Assembly: GCA_001655205.1 (NCBI GenBank)
Contig: LPNZ01011129.1
Coordinates: 1-50,180, forward strand
Source of the DNA: Lenisia limosa
Lineage: Eukaryota; Protista; Breviatea
Reading direction: 5' to 3'
DNA length: 50,180 bases
Part shown: piece after piece, positions 1 to 11,989 of the stretch
Position numbering within the stretch: the stretch's first letter is position 1
Layout of the letters: every line of letters starts with the position of its first letter
Notes under the pieces: model-generated
What the model saw: only the letters and a program-made list of their open reading frames with translations
Told to the model about the DNA's origin: nothing
Databases searched by the model: none
Position numbers and translations under genes: made by a program

Positions 1-3000
1 TATATATATATCTGAGAGAGAAGAAAAAAAAAAGAGTAGCACCTTGCACAGCTTTTAATACTATTCTTTCCAAATACCAGGGTGGACTGGGGTGAACATG
101 ATGCTGCAGGAGACGCTGTCATGGGGCTGCAGAATTACTTCCGCGTTCATTTGCCGGTCGTTGATGTATATTTCGTAGGCTGAGTCCGGGGCTGCTCCGT
201 GGATAGAACGTGGAGTGACTCGGACCTATACAGTGAAGGGTGAGTACGGGGACATAAAATGCATTATCTCGTATGACTAATAAATAGTGCTAACAGCGAT
301 TGGTTCGGGGCAAGCAGAGGCCAATAACGTCGTGATGTTACTGGAAAGTCCCAAAGCAGAAGGCGGAAGGAATGTTCGTCCTGAGAGGCCAATTGAAATA
401 GGTGATCCTCCAAATCCTGGAAAATGAGCACGGTATTCAATAGGCCTGCATAGAGCCTTATCAAACCCTTCAATGTGACGAGGACAACATCACCATCAGG
501 CATTACAATGCGAAAAACGTTCTCAAATGCACGTCCGTTGGCTCCAACACTGAGTTTATGAAAAAGGAGTCTGGAATAAAAATTAGAAAATAAAGACAAA
601 CTAAAACCCCTTCCGTACTCGAGTGATTCTGGCTTGAAGAGTAGAGGGATTTCTTGGGTAGTTGACGAAGGAATGAGAACTTCAGAGGGAAAATCGAAAG
701 CGTTTGCTTGCTAGAGGAAATAAGCAACAAGACACGGCCTTAAAAACAACCTACGCAATACTCATACATATCATGATATATATAGTTTTAAATGACATTA
801 TCTTCCCAGTATTATGTTTATTCTTAAGAAACAGCATTTAAACCGAGATTGGAATGGTCAGGGGAAGTAGCGATATAGCATTGCGGGTGAAAAAAGCCTT
901 TTGAGAGCGGAAAGTGAAAGGTGCTGGGACACGTCATAATTTACAATTCCAATCTCGGTAAAAAGCAGTTTTTCCATAAATTATACGGCCCCACTGCGCT
1001 TCTGGTCGTTTCAGCGTCGAAAAAGGCAACCCTGGCAGAGCTGTCACCCACATTGCGAAGCTGATGTGGGGTCAAAGGAAACTCATAATTGAAAAATAAT
1101 GGGCTCAAAAACATTGTGAATAAAAAGGGGGTTAATAAACCAACTGTAGAAACAGTTTCAGTAAACTAAAATAAATACCTTCAGTTTTCTTGAAACAGGG
1201 GGGTCTCCAGGAAGCCACAGGCCAAAGTCAATCACGTGACTAATCTTCTGTTCCTCCCCTGTCTTAACCTTAGATGGTAAGACTAATACTAGTTTATTCC
1301 CAAACAGCAAAAACAAAAATAACTAAACTAAAAATTAAAATGGCTTCTAACCGGCTTTGTCACTTCAGCTGCCGACTCGGACGCTTGGAGAAGCCGCACC
1401 TGCACAGCAATTAACCACAACTTCGTAAAGTGTGAAACGTTTCGGATTGTTTCTTTTCGAAACAATCAATCACCCATCCATTCCCCCGTGTGTGTGTATT
1501 TACCAACCTCTCCCCCGTCTTTACCTGTGCACCGCCTCGAAGTTTAACGGGAATAGACACCCGCGTGGCCTCGGTGGTACCCGGGTCCTCCACCAGCGTG
1601 ATGTCAATGTCAACCGAGCCATGGTACTGGAATATTATGAAGTTGAACAAAAATTTTTAATATGAAAATAGAGTACATATAATACCAATAATAGCAATAC
1701 ATCCACAATGCTTGCCTCTCGAAGTTCTTTTCGAACCCCTGGCGTTTTCAGAGCTTATTCATTTGCTAGCCCAACAATCCACCCACCAAGCCTTCGAGAT
1801 GAGGACGTGCCACCACTTCGATTTCGCGTTCCTGCCCGGGTTGAAGCTCCATCTTCAGTGGGAGGATGGTGAGCGCTGGGGGGGGGGGTAAAATTGGAAC
1901 ATTTATGAAAGAAAAAAACCCCAAATCAACTCTGCTGGCTGACAACACACGAGGGTTGAGAACAACAACACAAACAAAGCCCAGNNNNNNNNNNNNNNNN
2001 NNNNNNNNNNNNNNNNNNNNNNNNNNNNNNNNNNNNNNNNNNNTATATTTAAAGTTACGATCCGTTGAAGAACTGTAATGAAAACCTGTATAAAACCCAA
2101 AAATAAAGTTAAGCAGTCCATAATTCGACCAAATTCAACTTTCGTAAAGCCAGGCTGACCATTTGGTAAACTCTCCTCCTTTGTGATAATCTGGTCAGGC
2201 TGGGCTTTGGAATTTGCCTCAGTATCTTCATTTGGTACAGAGGGGCTAGAAACGGCTTCAAGGACAGATGATAGGGTCACAGCAGGAGTAGGTGGCTCTA
2301 AAAAATTAGTAAATCAACCAATCCTTGTCTTCATTTTTTAAAAGGTTCACGTTACATTCTGTTGATTCACTGAGCCTCACTTGGTTCATCTAACGTTCGG
2401 AGGCTCAGAACAGCAGCAATCTAAAAGTGCGTAAGGCGATAGCACAAGGACAACAGAGTAATAAAAACATACAAAGCAAAATGAAACTGAGTGGAGAAAC
2501 TAAACCAAAGGGAAAATGAAGTAGGAGCATACCGGGAATAGCCCATCGTTAGAGACAGTTGCATGAAAGACTTTCTTCCTTCCTGGAGCCAGCCATCCAC
2601 ATTGGAGAGTCTAAAATGGGATAAAAAAAACAAACACTGAGAAAAACAACATGATCGGCCAATAAATTGAGTTTGAAACGCAACTATGATAAACATCTGA
2701 TAGACACTCTCCCACTTGCCCCTTGGCAGGGTCAATCGGAATCAATGGAGTTCCGATATAGGCCTTGACCGAGATCTCGACAATTGGCTCGAAGTCATCC
2801 TGAGTCACAAGTTGCAGCCGTCCAACGACCAACGGATCTCCTTCCTGTTCGGCGTGAAGAGGAAGATATTTTAATGTGTGTGGTATCAATGCAGCCATAG
2901 AAATGATTTGCATTATAGATTTTGCACTGTTTGAAGCATTAATGAGAAGACCTCAAGAGGATATTATTTACACATTAGAAAAGTGTAAATACACTATTTT

Positions 3001-6000
3001 GGACTTTCATTGCGGAATGAAATCAGAGATATATCATAATAACCCTTATTCAATTTGAGTCCCTCGAACATATCCTGGCCGGACAGAAATACTGATTTCC
3101 GTGTCCACAGAAGATCCAGGCACAACATCGACAACACGCGGGGTAACTTCAAAGGCAGTTGTTGGCGTAACCATTGCGTAGTAGTGTCGCCTAAAATAAG
3201 AAAACAGAATATGGCTTTTTCAGCAAATAAATATAAAGTCTGATAAAATGCTGAAGAGCTCAATATAGAATTTGTTAATACTCCTATTTTGATCAACATA
3301 CCCCCACCAACTCCGATCCATTTGCCTGTCCGTGAGAAGTTACCACGACTTTGCATGTAGACGGACCTGCCTGCGACTGCAGTTTCACGGAATGCGGCTC
3401 GAAGACAAAACGGTCCATCAGTCCTGGAGCTACAGCCTTGGCAAACTCGAATGTGCTACCACTTCTGTAAGAATTAGTAAACGGCTGTGTTTTGAAAAAA
3501 AAAAAAGCGAATCAGACCTCCAAGGCACATTAAAATTGTAAAAAACACCCCCTCGTTCACATTTGAGGTGCTGCTGCGTCACGCGCATGTTGAACGTTTA
3601 TCGCTTCAATTCTAGCGTTTTCCTTCATCTCCTCTTCCCTTGCCTGTGCCCGTTCAGCTCTTCTTTGGCGCTGTCGCTCAAGATACGAAATCTTTTCCTT
3701 GGATGACTTGGTCTTTTTAACCAGTGCAGGCTCGGGCAGCTCTTCGATTTTGGTAACCGTTTTAGACTCCTGCCGTGCGCCGCCGACTTCTATCATTCTC
3801 TGAATAATTTGGGATACATCGGGGGGAACAGCGCCTTGTTCAACGCCACTTTCGTCCACGTAGACGCGAACAAAACCCTCCAGGCTGAGTCCTTTTTGCG
3901 CCCCGCTTTTCGGGCGAAGATAAGTTCGACGTCCATCCGGTGCAAATGTGAAGATCATCTGCTGGGTTACCTTTCTCTTTCCTGCCGGAACCTCAATTTC
4001 AGGTTCCTTTTGTGGGGGTTCTCCCACGGAAGTAGGGGAAATTTGTTTCGGTAACAAAGCAGGCTTGGTAATTAGTTCCTTCTGCGATATCGCTTCGTAG
4101 ATTTCAGAATCACTGACCTCCCAATCCAACACATCTTCAGCAATGTCGTCATCGCTCATAAACAGGGCCTCCTCATCCTTATGATCTTTTGATCGCGTCT
4201 TACCAGCTAAGCGCTTCACCTTCCGCTGACGGCGTCGAGCCTGGTTGATTGCCTTCGAACCAGACGCTTCAGTCTGGATCACAATCTGGCCGTCTTCGTC
4301 TTCTTCCTCACTCATGACATGCTCCGCAAGCGCCATCTCATGCTCAACATCTGGTTTGCTCAGACCGGCTGCTATCCGAGCCTCGCGGATAATGGCCTCT
4401 TTCGCGCGTCTTCGTTGGACTCGCTGACGCGGCCCAGCTTCACCTTGAGCCTCTTCACGGTCTTCTTCGTCGATTTGTTCCTTGAGATCGTTTTGGATTT
4501 GGAGATCAGCCATACTCATGCTTGAAGACCCAGACTCTTCGAGAGAGCCTCGACTCATCATCACAGTCTAAATGTGGTATTACTTTGGAATTCTTTCACA
4601 GAATCAAAACACAATTAAATGAATTTCACAAAAAAATGTACACAGCAAAAATATCAAGAAATTTGGTCATATGGAACTGATTTTACCCCCAACCGCCTGA
4701 AGCTTTCGGTAGTATTTCCGACTCCTCAACCTAATCTTTTCGTCCATTGTCATTCTAAAAATGGATGAGAAAACTCTAATTGTTCTTTCATAGTATATTA
4801 TATCATCAGTCTACTACAACACATTGGTGGATTACCCCACTCCCCCCTACGTTTCATCATCGTCATCTTCGGAAGCACTAGTGACGTCGTTATCCGCTTC
4901 CGACTCCGAACCACCTTCACTTTGTTCCTCCTCCTCAATGAGCGCCTTCATCTTCTTTATATGCCGCTGGGCTCTGTCTTTCTGCTCACTGTCTACTGCC
5001 TCTGATAAACTCTCTTCAGTCAACCGGATCAGCTCAGCCCTTCGGAGCTCACGAGATCGTCGGCGAGACTCTTCATCAGCAGCCGTCATGTGCTCATCAT
5101 CATCAAGATCAAACTCCGCGCCATAAACCGTGCGTGACGATGGGGACTGCTGTTTGAGATTCTGTCGTCTCCACTGCCGGACCCTATCACTGTGCATTGT
5201 CAGGCTTTTTGCAAGGGACGCCGCCGAGTAGTATGGAACGCCCAGTGGTGTGTAGCCTGAAGGCTCTGGGAGACTGGCATGGGTTGGCACGAAAAACGTT
5301 GATCCTTCCGGGGTTATTCCGGCGACTTGAAGAGTCCCGTCGACATGCTCGGGGAGAGCAACTTCGCTGTCAGTGTCCACAGGGCGATATGAATGCGGGG
5401 CTGGCAAATCTGCCCGGATGTTGCTGTATTCCAGTTCGTCTGTTTGAATTGACGGCGTCACGGTGACCGGCGGAGCAAATGTCGGCTGACCGTCAACTTC
5501 TCCAGCGGCAATGGCAACAAGGGGNNNNNNNNNNNNNNNNNNNNNNNNNNNNNNNNNNNNNNNNNNNNNNNNNNNNNNNNNNNNNNNNNNNNNNNNAATG
5601 TCAGCGGCTCGACCGCCGCCACTTCGACGACCACTGGTACTTCGGCAGGTTCACCAGGTCCCGTCGGCGTTACCATCAGAATAATGCGAGTACCTGGGTG
5701 TGAATGATGGGAAAATTGATATGGAAACTATATGTTTCTTTAAAAAGGTGTGTGCAAAAGAAAAAAACAGCCTTCAATGAAAGTAGACTAAGATATCAAA
5801 AGGCCACCTTCCAGCACTACAGCAACAATTCAATAATCACTCATAGGAAAAGGAACCAACCCTGCGGAAGATGGACAGCAGAAGCCACGGCAGGGTCGGC
5901 CAGCTGCTCGGCATCTAGTGCGGCGGCCGCAGCCAACGTGTCCTCCGGCACGGACGGGAACGGCAAGTCGGAATCGGAAGCAGTCGGATCGACCGGACCG

Positions 6001-9000
6001 ACATTGACAATTGTGGTCTTAATTCGGACCAATTTGCCCTGGATTTCCGCTTCAAGATGCACCGGTGCCGACATGGGGAAGTCCTGTGATGCTTGCGCAA
6101 TGATTTGGCGTAAAGCGTCTTGAGCAGCAGAGAATTGCGAACGCCCTCCTCGGGAACCGGTGAAAGACGACAGTGATGATGATCTAAACAATGAAAAAAA
6201 GACAAACTTTTGCATAAACAAAAAGAATGTGAATTCTTACACCACCGTACTGCTGCTGAGCTCTATTTCACCCCCAGAAACCTTGTCATAATGTCGTCGT
6301 TATCAACCGGGTGATCATCACGAGGCACAGGAGCTGCCACAAAGCCTGGTGGCACGTCACAGTCCTCTCCAGATGCGGTGTGAATATTCTGGGGGATGGC
6401 AAGACCATCGAGGTCAGCTTCTAAGCGATGTTATTGTGGGAAATATTCATGGTCTTAATAAACAGTTAATAGTATGTGAGACAAAACATGACTTGAAACA
6501 AAAAACGAGCCTGATGAAAATGAAAAAGTCTTGAATATGAGAATATATGTAGATTTTCCAATACACAAATGTTGTAATTGTAAATCATAGAAAGTATCAT
6601 AGAAATATAGCCACTATATAATATATTATCCACAAACCTGGATGCTCAGAAGGGTCAAGGAGCAGAGGCGGTACCGTTGTAGCAGTTTCGGGCACTCCAA
6701 CTACCGTTTGCTTGGGACTGAAAAATCAGATAGGCAAAGAGAAAATAAATAAACAAGGATTTGAATCACAAATCGAAAAATTTGAGCTCCATAAAAACTA
6801 ATTCACCACATGTACGTATCATGTATCATCTGCACTCAAACTAAATAATTTCACTGTCAGATCTCTTCCCAATCTTGCTCGTAAATACGATGCAGTTTCA
6901 TGACACCAGCAATTCTACCAACCGAATCAGCCTAAGACGGGAAAAGGGACCAGAGAGACGAGCTAAGTTTCCACTGTGTTGCCCTGGTAGAATCTCCATC
7001 ACTGACGAGGGGAAAATGACAGAAAGAGACTTCGTGTGAGGAAGGTGGTTTTCAGTCCACGACGCTTTGAATGGAAAGATGACGTCATTCGGATTCTGCT
7101 CAACTCGGCGCTGCTCAACAAAGGTTTCCTCCACCTTCGAGGTTATAACCAGATAATTAGAAAGCCATTTAATAGGATAACTTAGCTTCATGAATGAGCT
7201 GTTAAACATTCAGAGTAAGACCAGGCATAGATGAAACCAACATGACAGCAGCATACCTCTATCAAAACGTCTTCTTCAACATCAGTCAAGACCTCCTCAT
7301 CAACTTCAACTTCAACGTCCTCGAAAACCAGGCCAGAAGATGCCTTAGCAGTGCCTTTGGAGCTACTGAGGGCGCGAAGTCCTGCCTGCTCTGGTGTCTC
7401 CCCTGGCTGAATGTCAGTTCTGACCGTGCGCTTTCGCTTCACTTTCTTTGTCACCCGCTTCTTGATCTTGGTGTGTGAGAGGGTAGTAGTAAAAAAATCA
7501 TTAGATAATTTTTATGACCTAAAAATATCAAAATAATAATAATAATAATAATAATAATAAACAGATCAATTAGATTGTTTTTTTCTTATCAACAAACCTT
7601 ATGCTTGACAACTCTCTTCTTGAGCTCTAGTTGCGGAGGGATAAAGGTTGCTTCGTCTTCTTCCCTTGACTTTACTCTCCCAACCAAGTGGGCTCCTGAG
7701 GGTGGGGGTGAGCAAAGGAAGTGAAGAAAAAAATCTTGGGGAATACGTTGAATGAGTAATCGCCAGGCTGGTGTGACTCTGTGATAAATATAAAGCAAGN
7801 NNNNNNNNNNNNNNNNNNNNNNNNNNNNNNNNNNNNNNGTAATTCCATGACATTTTGTGCAACCAAACGTCTTCGCTCACCAGAGGCACTGCGCGTCAAC
7901 GTGTTTGCAGGCAATCTACCCTTCATTGAAGATGACGTTGCAGCCCTCGCCAATCGCCGCACCTGGGGCGGAAGCTACGGGGAGGGGTGAATGCTGGAGC
8001 ACTAGGCTGGTTGATGGGAAGGAAAACCTTTTCAGGGGAAGATCATATGAGAAACTGAAATCTGAATCCGATTGCTGATGATGGTCCATATTTTAAGGAT
8101 ATGAAGCTGAAGGAAAAAAAAAAAGACAATGTAATTGAATATTCATTTCAACAGAATATGTGATATAGCTGAATAGGATCAGATGACAACATGATGATTT
8201 GAAATACAAGCGGTGTTGAGGAGAAAGCTAACCTGTAGGTTGGAGGACGCTTTTCTGCCCTTTACTGAACCTGGATACATAATTACTATTATTATTGGAA
8301 ACAGAGATCATATACAAGCACACTTTTGACAAAACAAATGATTAGAAGAAGTATCCCCCCAATACCGTCTATCGAAGTCACCTTAGCTCGGAGTTGATCC
8401 TTTGTGATTGGAGTCTGGTGAGGGTGAAACAAGTCCCCATTTTATCACAATTGATTTCATTTAATACCGAATTGGGAATTCACTTCGGTTCAGAAAACAA
8501 TATCACATTAACTGTATCTAGTGTTAAAATAGACAATGGTGGCATAATTCTGTAGATATACAGTGTACATAAGAACACAACAGTACAGAAGCATGCATTG
8601 ATATCAGCCCTGTACTACACTGGCACCCCCACCTCGGGAAGAAGAACCGCCGTGGTGCCTGGTTGCGAGAGAATATCCCGCATTTTCCGATCCCGAAGTA
8701 ACGCCCTCTGCTGCTCTCGTGCCTGGGCCTGGAGAGAAAATTAAACTCCAAAAGAGATAAAGACTGCACCAACCTTCTCCATTCTCTTTTGTAGCACGAT
8801 CATTGCAATCGGCGGCGCACTTTCTGCCGGAAACCATTTCAGCACCGAATTGAGGCCATTTAGCATTACGGCCGCGGGTCTTCCCCCAGTCATTCCAGGT
8901 AACCAGGTTCGAAGGAATAGGATTGCCTCATCCTGGGGGGGGGGGGTAACTGGGACTTCAAATACTCAAAGAACACTAAAATATCGCCTTTAACCATTCC

Positions 9001-11440
9001 ATGTTTGGAATAGATTATGATGAGAGAAAATGACAATGATTATGGTGAATGCCGAGAAAAAATACCATCAACTAAACATCAACACACCCCTTAAAATCAT
9101 TTGGGGACAAGTACAACCACAAATACTAAAAATAGTCTCTAACAGTCAGCTATCTGGATCTGATACTAAAAATAGTCTCTAACAGTCAGCTATCTGGATT
9201 TGATACTAAAAATAGTCTCTAACAGTCAGCTTATATGGATTTGATATTTATGGTGTTCTAATGTAGTATGTATTTATACGCTGTGCATCCCGATAATTCT
9301 TGTTCCTTCTTGTTCCCAAAAACACAATATTCTGGGCAGTCACCCCAGTACCTGGATTCGCAGCACCGACGACTTCACAAGAGGCCTCACAACCGGGGCA
9401 AATAGGAGCCCCATGATCTTCAATAAATCACTGCTGGCAACCTGCAAGATGAATGGATTACAGATCAAAATATGAAAATAATCTTCATATAGATGACTAA
9501 TCTTAACTTCGGTTTCATTTTAGAGATTATTGTGGTGTAAGACAATTGCTCTACTTCTCAACTCCGTGTCAAAATGCACATGATAGTCCATGATAAATCT
9601 TGTCTGCTGTCTGTTATCCAACCCCAGACTCTAACGAACATACACATGTACAATCTCCTACCCTAGCATTAAGAGCTGACAAAATGCTGACTGTTAAGTC
9701 ATCGTTATTTTTGAAGCAGCGAAGGCAGAAGAGGAACAGATAAATGTACATATCCTGGAAGAGTCAGAACGGGATAGTGAAAAACTGAGCTTTCAACAAA
9801 CTCCTTTTATCACCCTAACTACACTGTATTCTCATATACAAGTGAAGGAAAGCCTTACCCACCCTGTTTTCCAGTATGAAGGAAGAGGAGGCCATTGGCC
9901 ATGATGCTGCAAGGAGTCTTACATACTCCGTGATCTCCTCACCCTGGTAGCCCTGGAGCTCAAACTGTGTATGTGAGTATAGTTTGCGGAAGTTTCTTCA
10001 TAAGCAACGCCACTTTCAATACAAATAAGCAACGCCACTCTCAATACAAAGGACATTTGTGTTCATACATGCTCAATAAAGGGACCTGAACCATTCTACA
10101 CAGACCGACCCCTTTACCTCAGATGAAGGGTCCTGAAAAGCATCCATCATGAGGTTGAGAAGGAAGGGAATACCCGAACTCAAAATCTGAAGCTGTCAAT
10201 ATCTGCAAGGAAAAGAAAACAAAGAGTTCCACTTGAGCCCTAGCCAAAATCCTCCCCACCTTATGAGCTGCAGCCGCTGTGAACGCTGGCGAATGAAGTG
10301 ACAGGCTCACAAGCTTCTCCATCAGGACTCTGCTCGCTTCCACTGTGAAGATGCGGTTTGGTGTGAATGTTTCGTGACGGTAGAGGTACGTCAGGTTACC
10401 CACAAGCTCCTGCATGAATTATTTTTGGATTTTGGGATGGTTTCGTAAACATTGCTGCTGAGTACCAGGTGATATAGAAGCCAGTATAATTGGTTTTTTG
10501 TGTATTGAAACTAGAATCATAATAATAGAATCATAATAGGGAATGGCTAGATTTTACGACTCTATGCATTAATATTTTGAAAAGATAAATTGGCTTTTTC
10601 ATTATAAAGTATCTCTTCATATTTTGCAACTAATTGGTTAATATTAATTGCACGTAGTACTACAANNNNNNNNNNNNNNNNNNNNNNNNNNNNNNNNNNN
10701 NNNNNNNNNNNNNNNNNNNNNNNNNNNNNNNNNNNNNNNNNNNNNNNNNNNNNNNNNNNNNNNNNNCGGAACGGATAAGACAACCGTTACCCACGACCCT
10801 ATGCAGCGGCTCATCCATGTGAAGCAGTCCGATCAAGATCTTCCATACTTCTGTGTATTGTGGCGACCGTGGAGGGTATGCCGGGCCTACAGAGTCATGA
10901 TTGGTTGGGATTGCTTATTTCTCTCATGAGTCAACGTACATACACAATCATTTACTATTACATCACAACAACATCTGGATCAATAAGATAGCTTCCAAAT
11001 CACCATTTAAAATGGGGTAGAAGCATTTGAAGTGATAGATGATCACAAACGGGTCGGTCCAGTCTAAATCTCTCTTTTTGATGCGCAGCAGCTCCTGCGA
11101 TTCGTAACACGGAGCTACATTTCACAATCTATTTCACGATTGATTCTAATAAAACATGAATATAGCTTTCGATTGTTTGCAAAATTTGTCAGATGGCAAA
11201 AACACTGTAAGACTTATGATACAATGATCAAAAATTAAATATGAAACCACAGCTAAGACAAGTTATCATCAAATGGGAAACAAGATTTTTCCACAAAACG
11301 AAAATTACTCAATGAAAAAAATAAATTTTCAGTGAATGAAGTAGCTAATACTAGAAGAAAATGCTTTCAAGTGTTTAATCAGATAAAGCTACCACGTTCA
11401 GCTTACCGCCTCAAATAGATCCCATTGTGAAACCGCATGA
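1..11440 (-). CDS. Very large multi-exon protein (possibly two adjacent genes): helical/HEAT-like N-terminal part, long acidic/basic low-complexity middle, several ASH/PapD-like Ig-fold segments; 3' end beyond window
   Basis: Many GT-AG-bounded minus-strand exons that mostly join in phase, e.g. ILSSGIPFLLNLMMDAFQDPSSE (~10120-10190), DEAILFLRTWLP (~8930), long exons 4847-5461 and 3557-4564, TLQCGWLAPGRKKVFHATVSNDGLFP (~2530-2610), LTILPLKMELQPGQEREIEVVARP (~1790-1875), VILQPHDSVSCSIMFTPVHP (~80-140). The last three resemble ASH/Hydin-type beta-sandwich repeats (inference). The start codon and some junctions are unresolved. Confidence 0.7.
1876..1984 (-). mobile_element. Poly(C)-ended interspersed repeat (family R1), copy forming an intron acceptor
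   Basis: Minus strand reads ctgggctttg..tcaaccctcgtgtgttgtcagccagcagagttgatttgggg..ccaattttaCCCCCCCCCCCAG|exon; the 5' part is in the gap. Confidence 0.85.
7531..7560. repeat. (AAT)n microsatellite
   Basis: About 10 AAT units in an intron. Confidence 0.95.
9123..9245. repeat. Intronic minisatellite, 40-bp unit x3
   Basis: atactaaaaatagtctctaacagtcagctatctggatctg repeated head-to-tail with no spacers. Confidence 0.95.
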
Positions 11441-11989
11441 GAAGTAAACCGCGTCGCAAACTACATTGAGTGTTAATTAATGATATTGATAACGTTAATA
11501 GCAATGAGAGAAGGGCAGAAGGGGGCTTACGGCAACTTTACGAGCCCATTGTTTCAACATTGTCACTGTGTAGCCGTCTTAGTGTTTCTTTCTGGCTAAC
11601 ATTATAACACCCTAAACCCCTTTTACATGATTATAGGATTATAGGGATCGAAACTGGATCGAAGTTTGGTTCAATTCATTTTTAATACCATATAGACCCA
11701 ACAGATTATCCCCTTTATTTCTCAGCTTCACAACCGTCCCCAAGCCTTTTCACATATTTAATGTGTTTGATAACAGAAAGGAAATTAAAGCGGGGGAAAC
11801 GGCGATAGCCACTCTAGTTGTTTTTTTTCTTCACCTTGACTTCTTCCCAATATGCCTGTGTCGCCCTCTTCAAGTAACTTTCTCGGGTTTGGGGTTTTGT
11901 ATTAGTAACATACTCAATTATGTATGTGTCACAAATCTCCTTTGTTTTGCTACCCAAGAATCATATAGTACTATTAAAATAATCTGCTG

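Noticed and set aside
1866-2078. ORF-track peptides such as NPKSTLLADNTRGLR and MRCGAAEA recurring at several loci, and ORFs spanning X runs
   Set aside because: These are translations of the R1 repeat or artefacts of N-gaps, not real proteins.
4824-5466. Plus-strand Ser-rich ORFs overlapping long exons (also 47540-47914 minus)
   Set aside because: They are antisense shadows of Glu/Asp-rich coding exons on the opposite strand.
9123-9245. CRISPR-like appearance of the 29-40 bp repeats (also 31174 and 46853)
   Set aside because: The units are contiguous with no unique spacers, there are no cas genes, and the context is eukaryotic introns.
11620-11690. ggatcgaa/ggttcaattc motifs resembling a tRNA T-loop
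   Set aside because: No cloverleaf or acceptor stem could be built.
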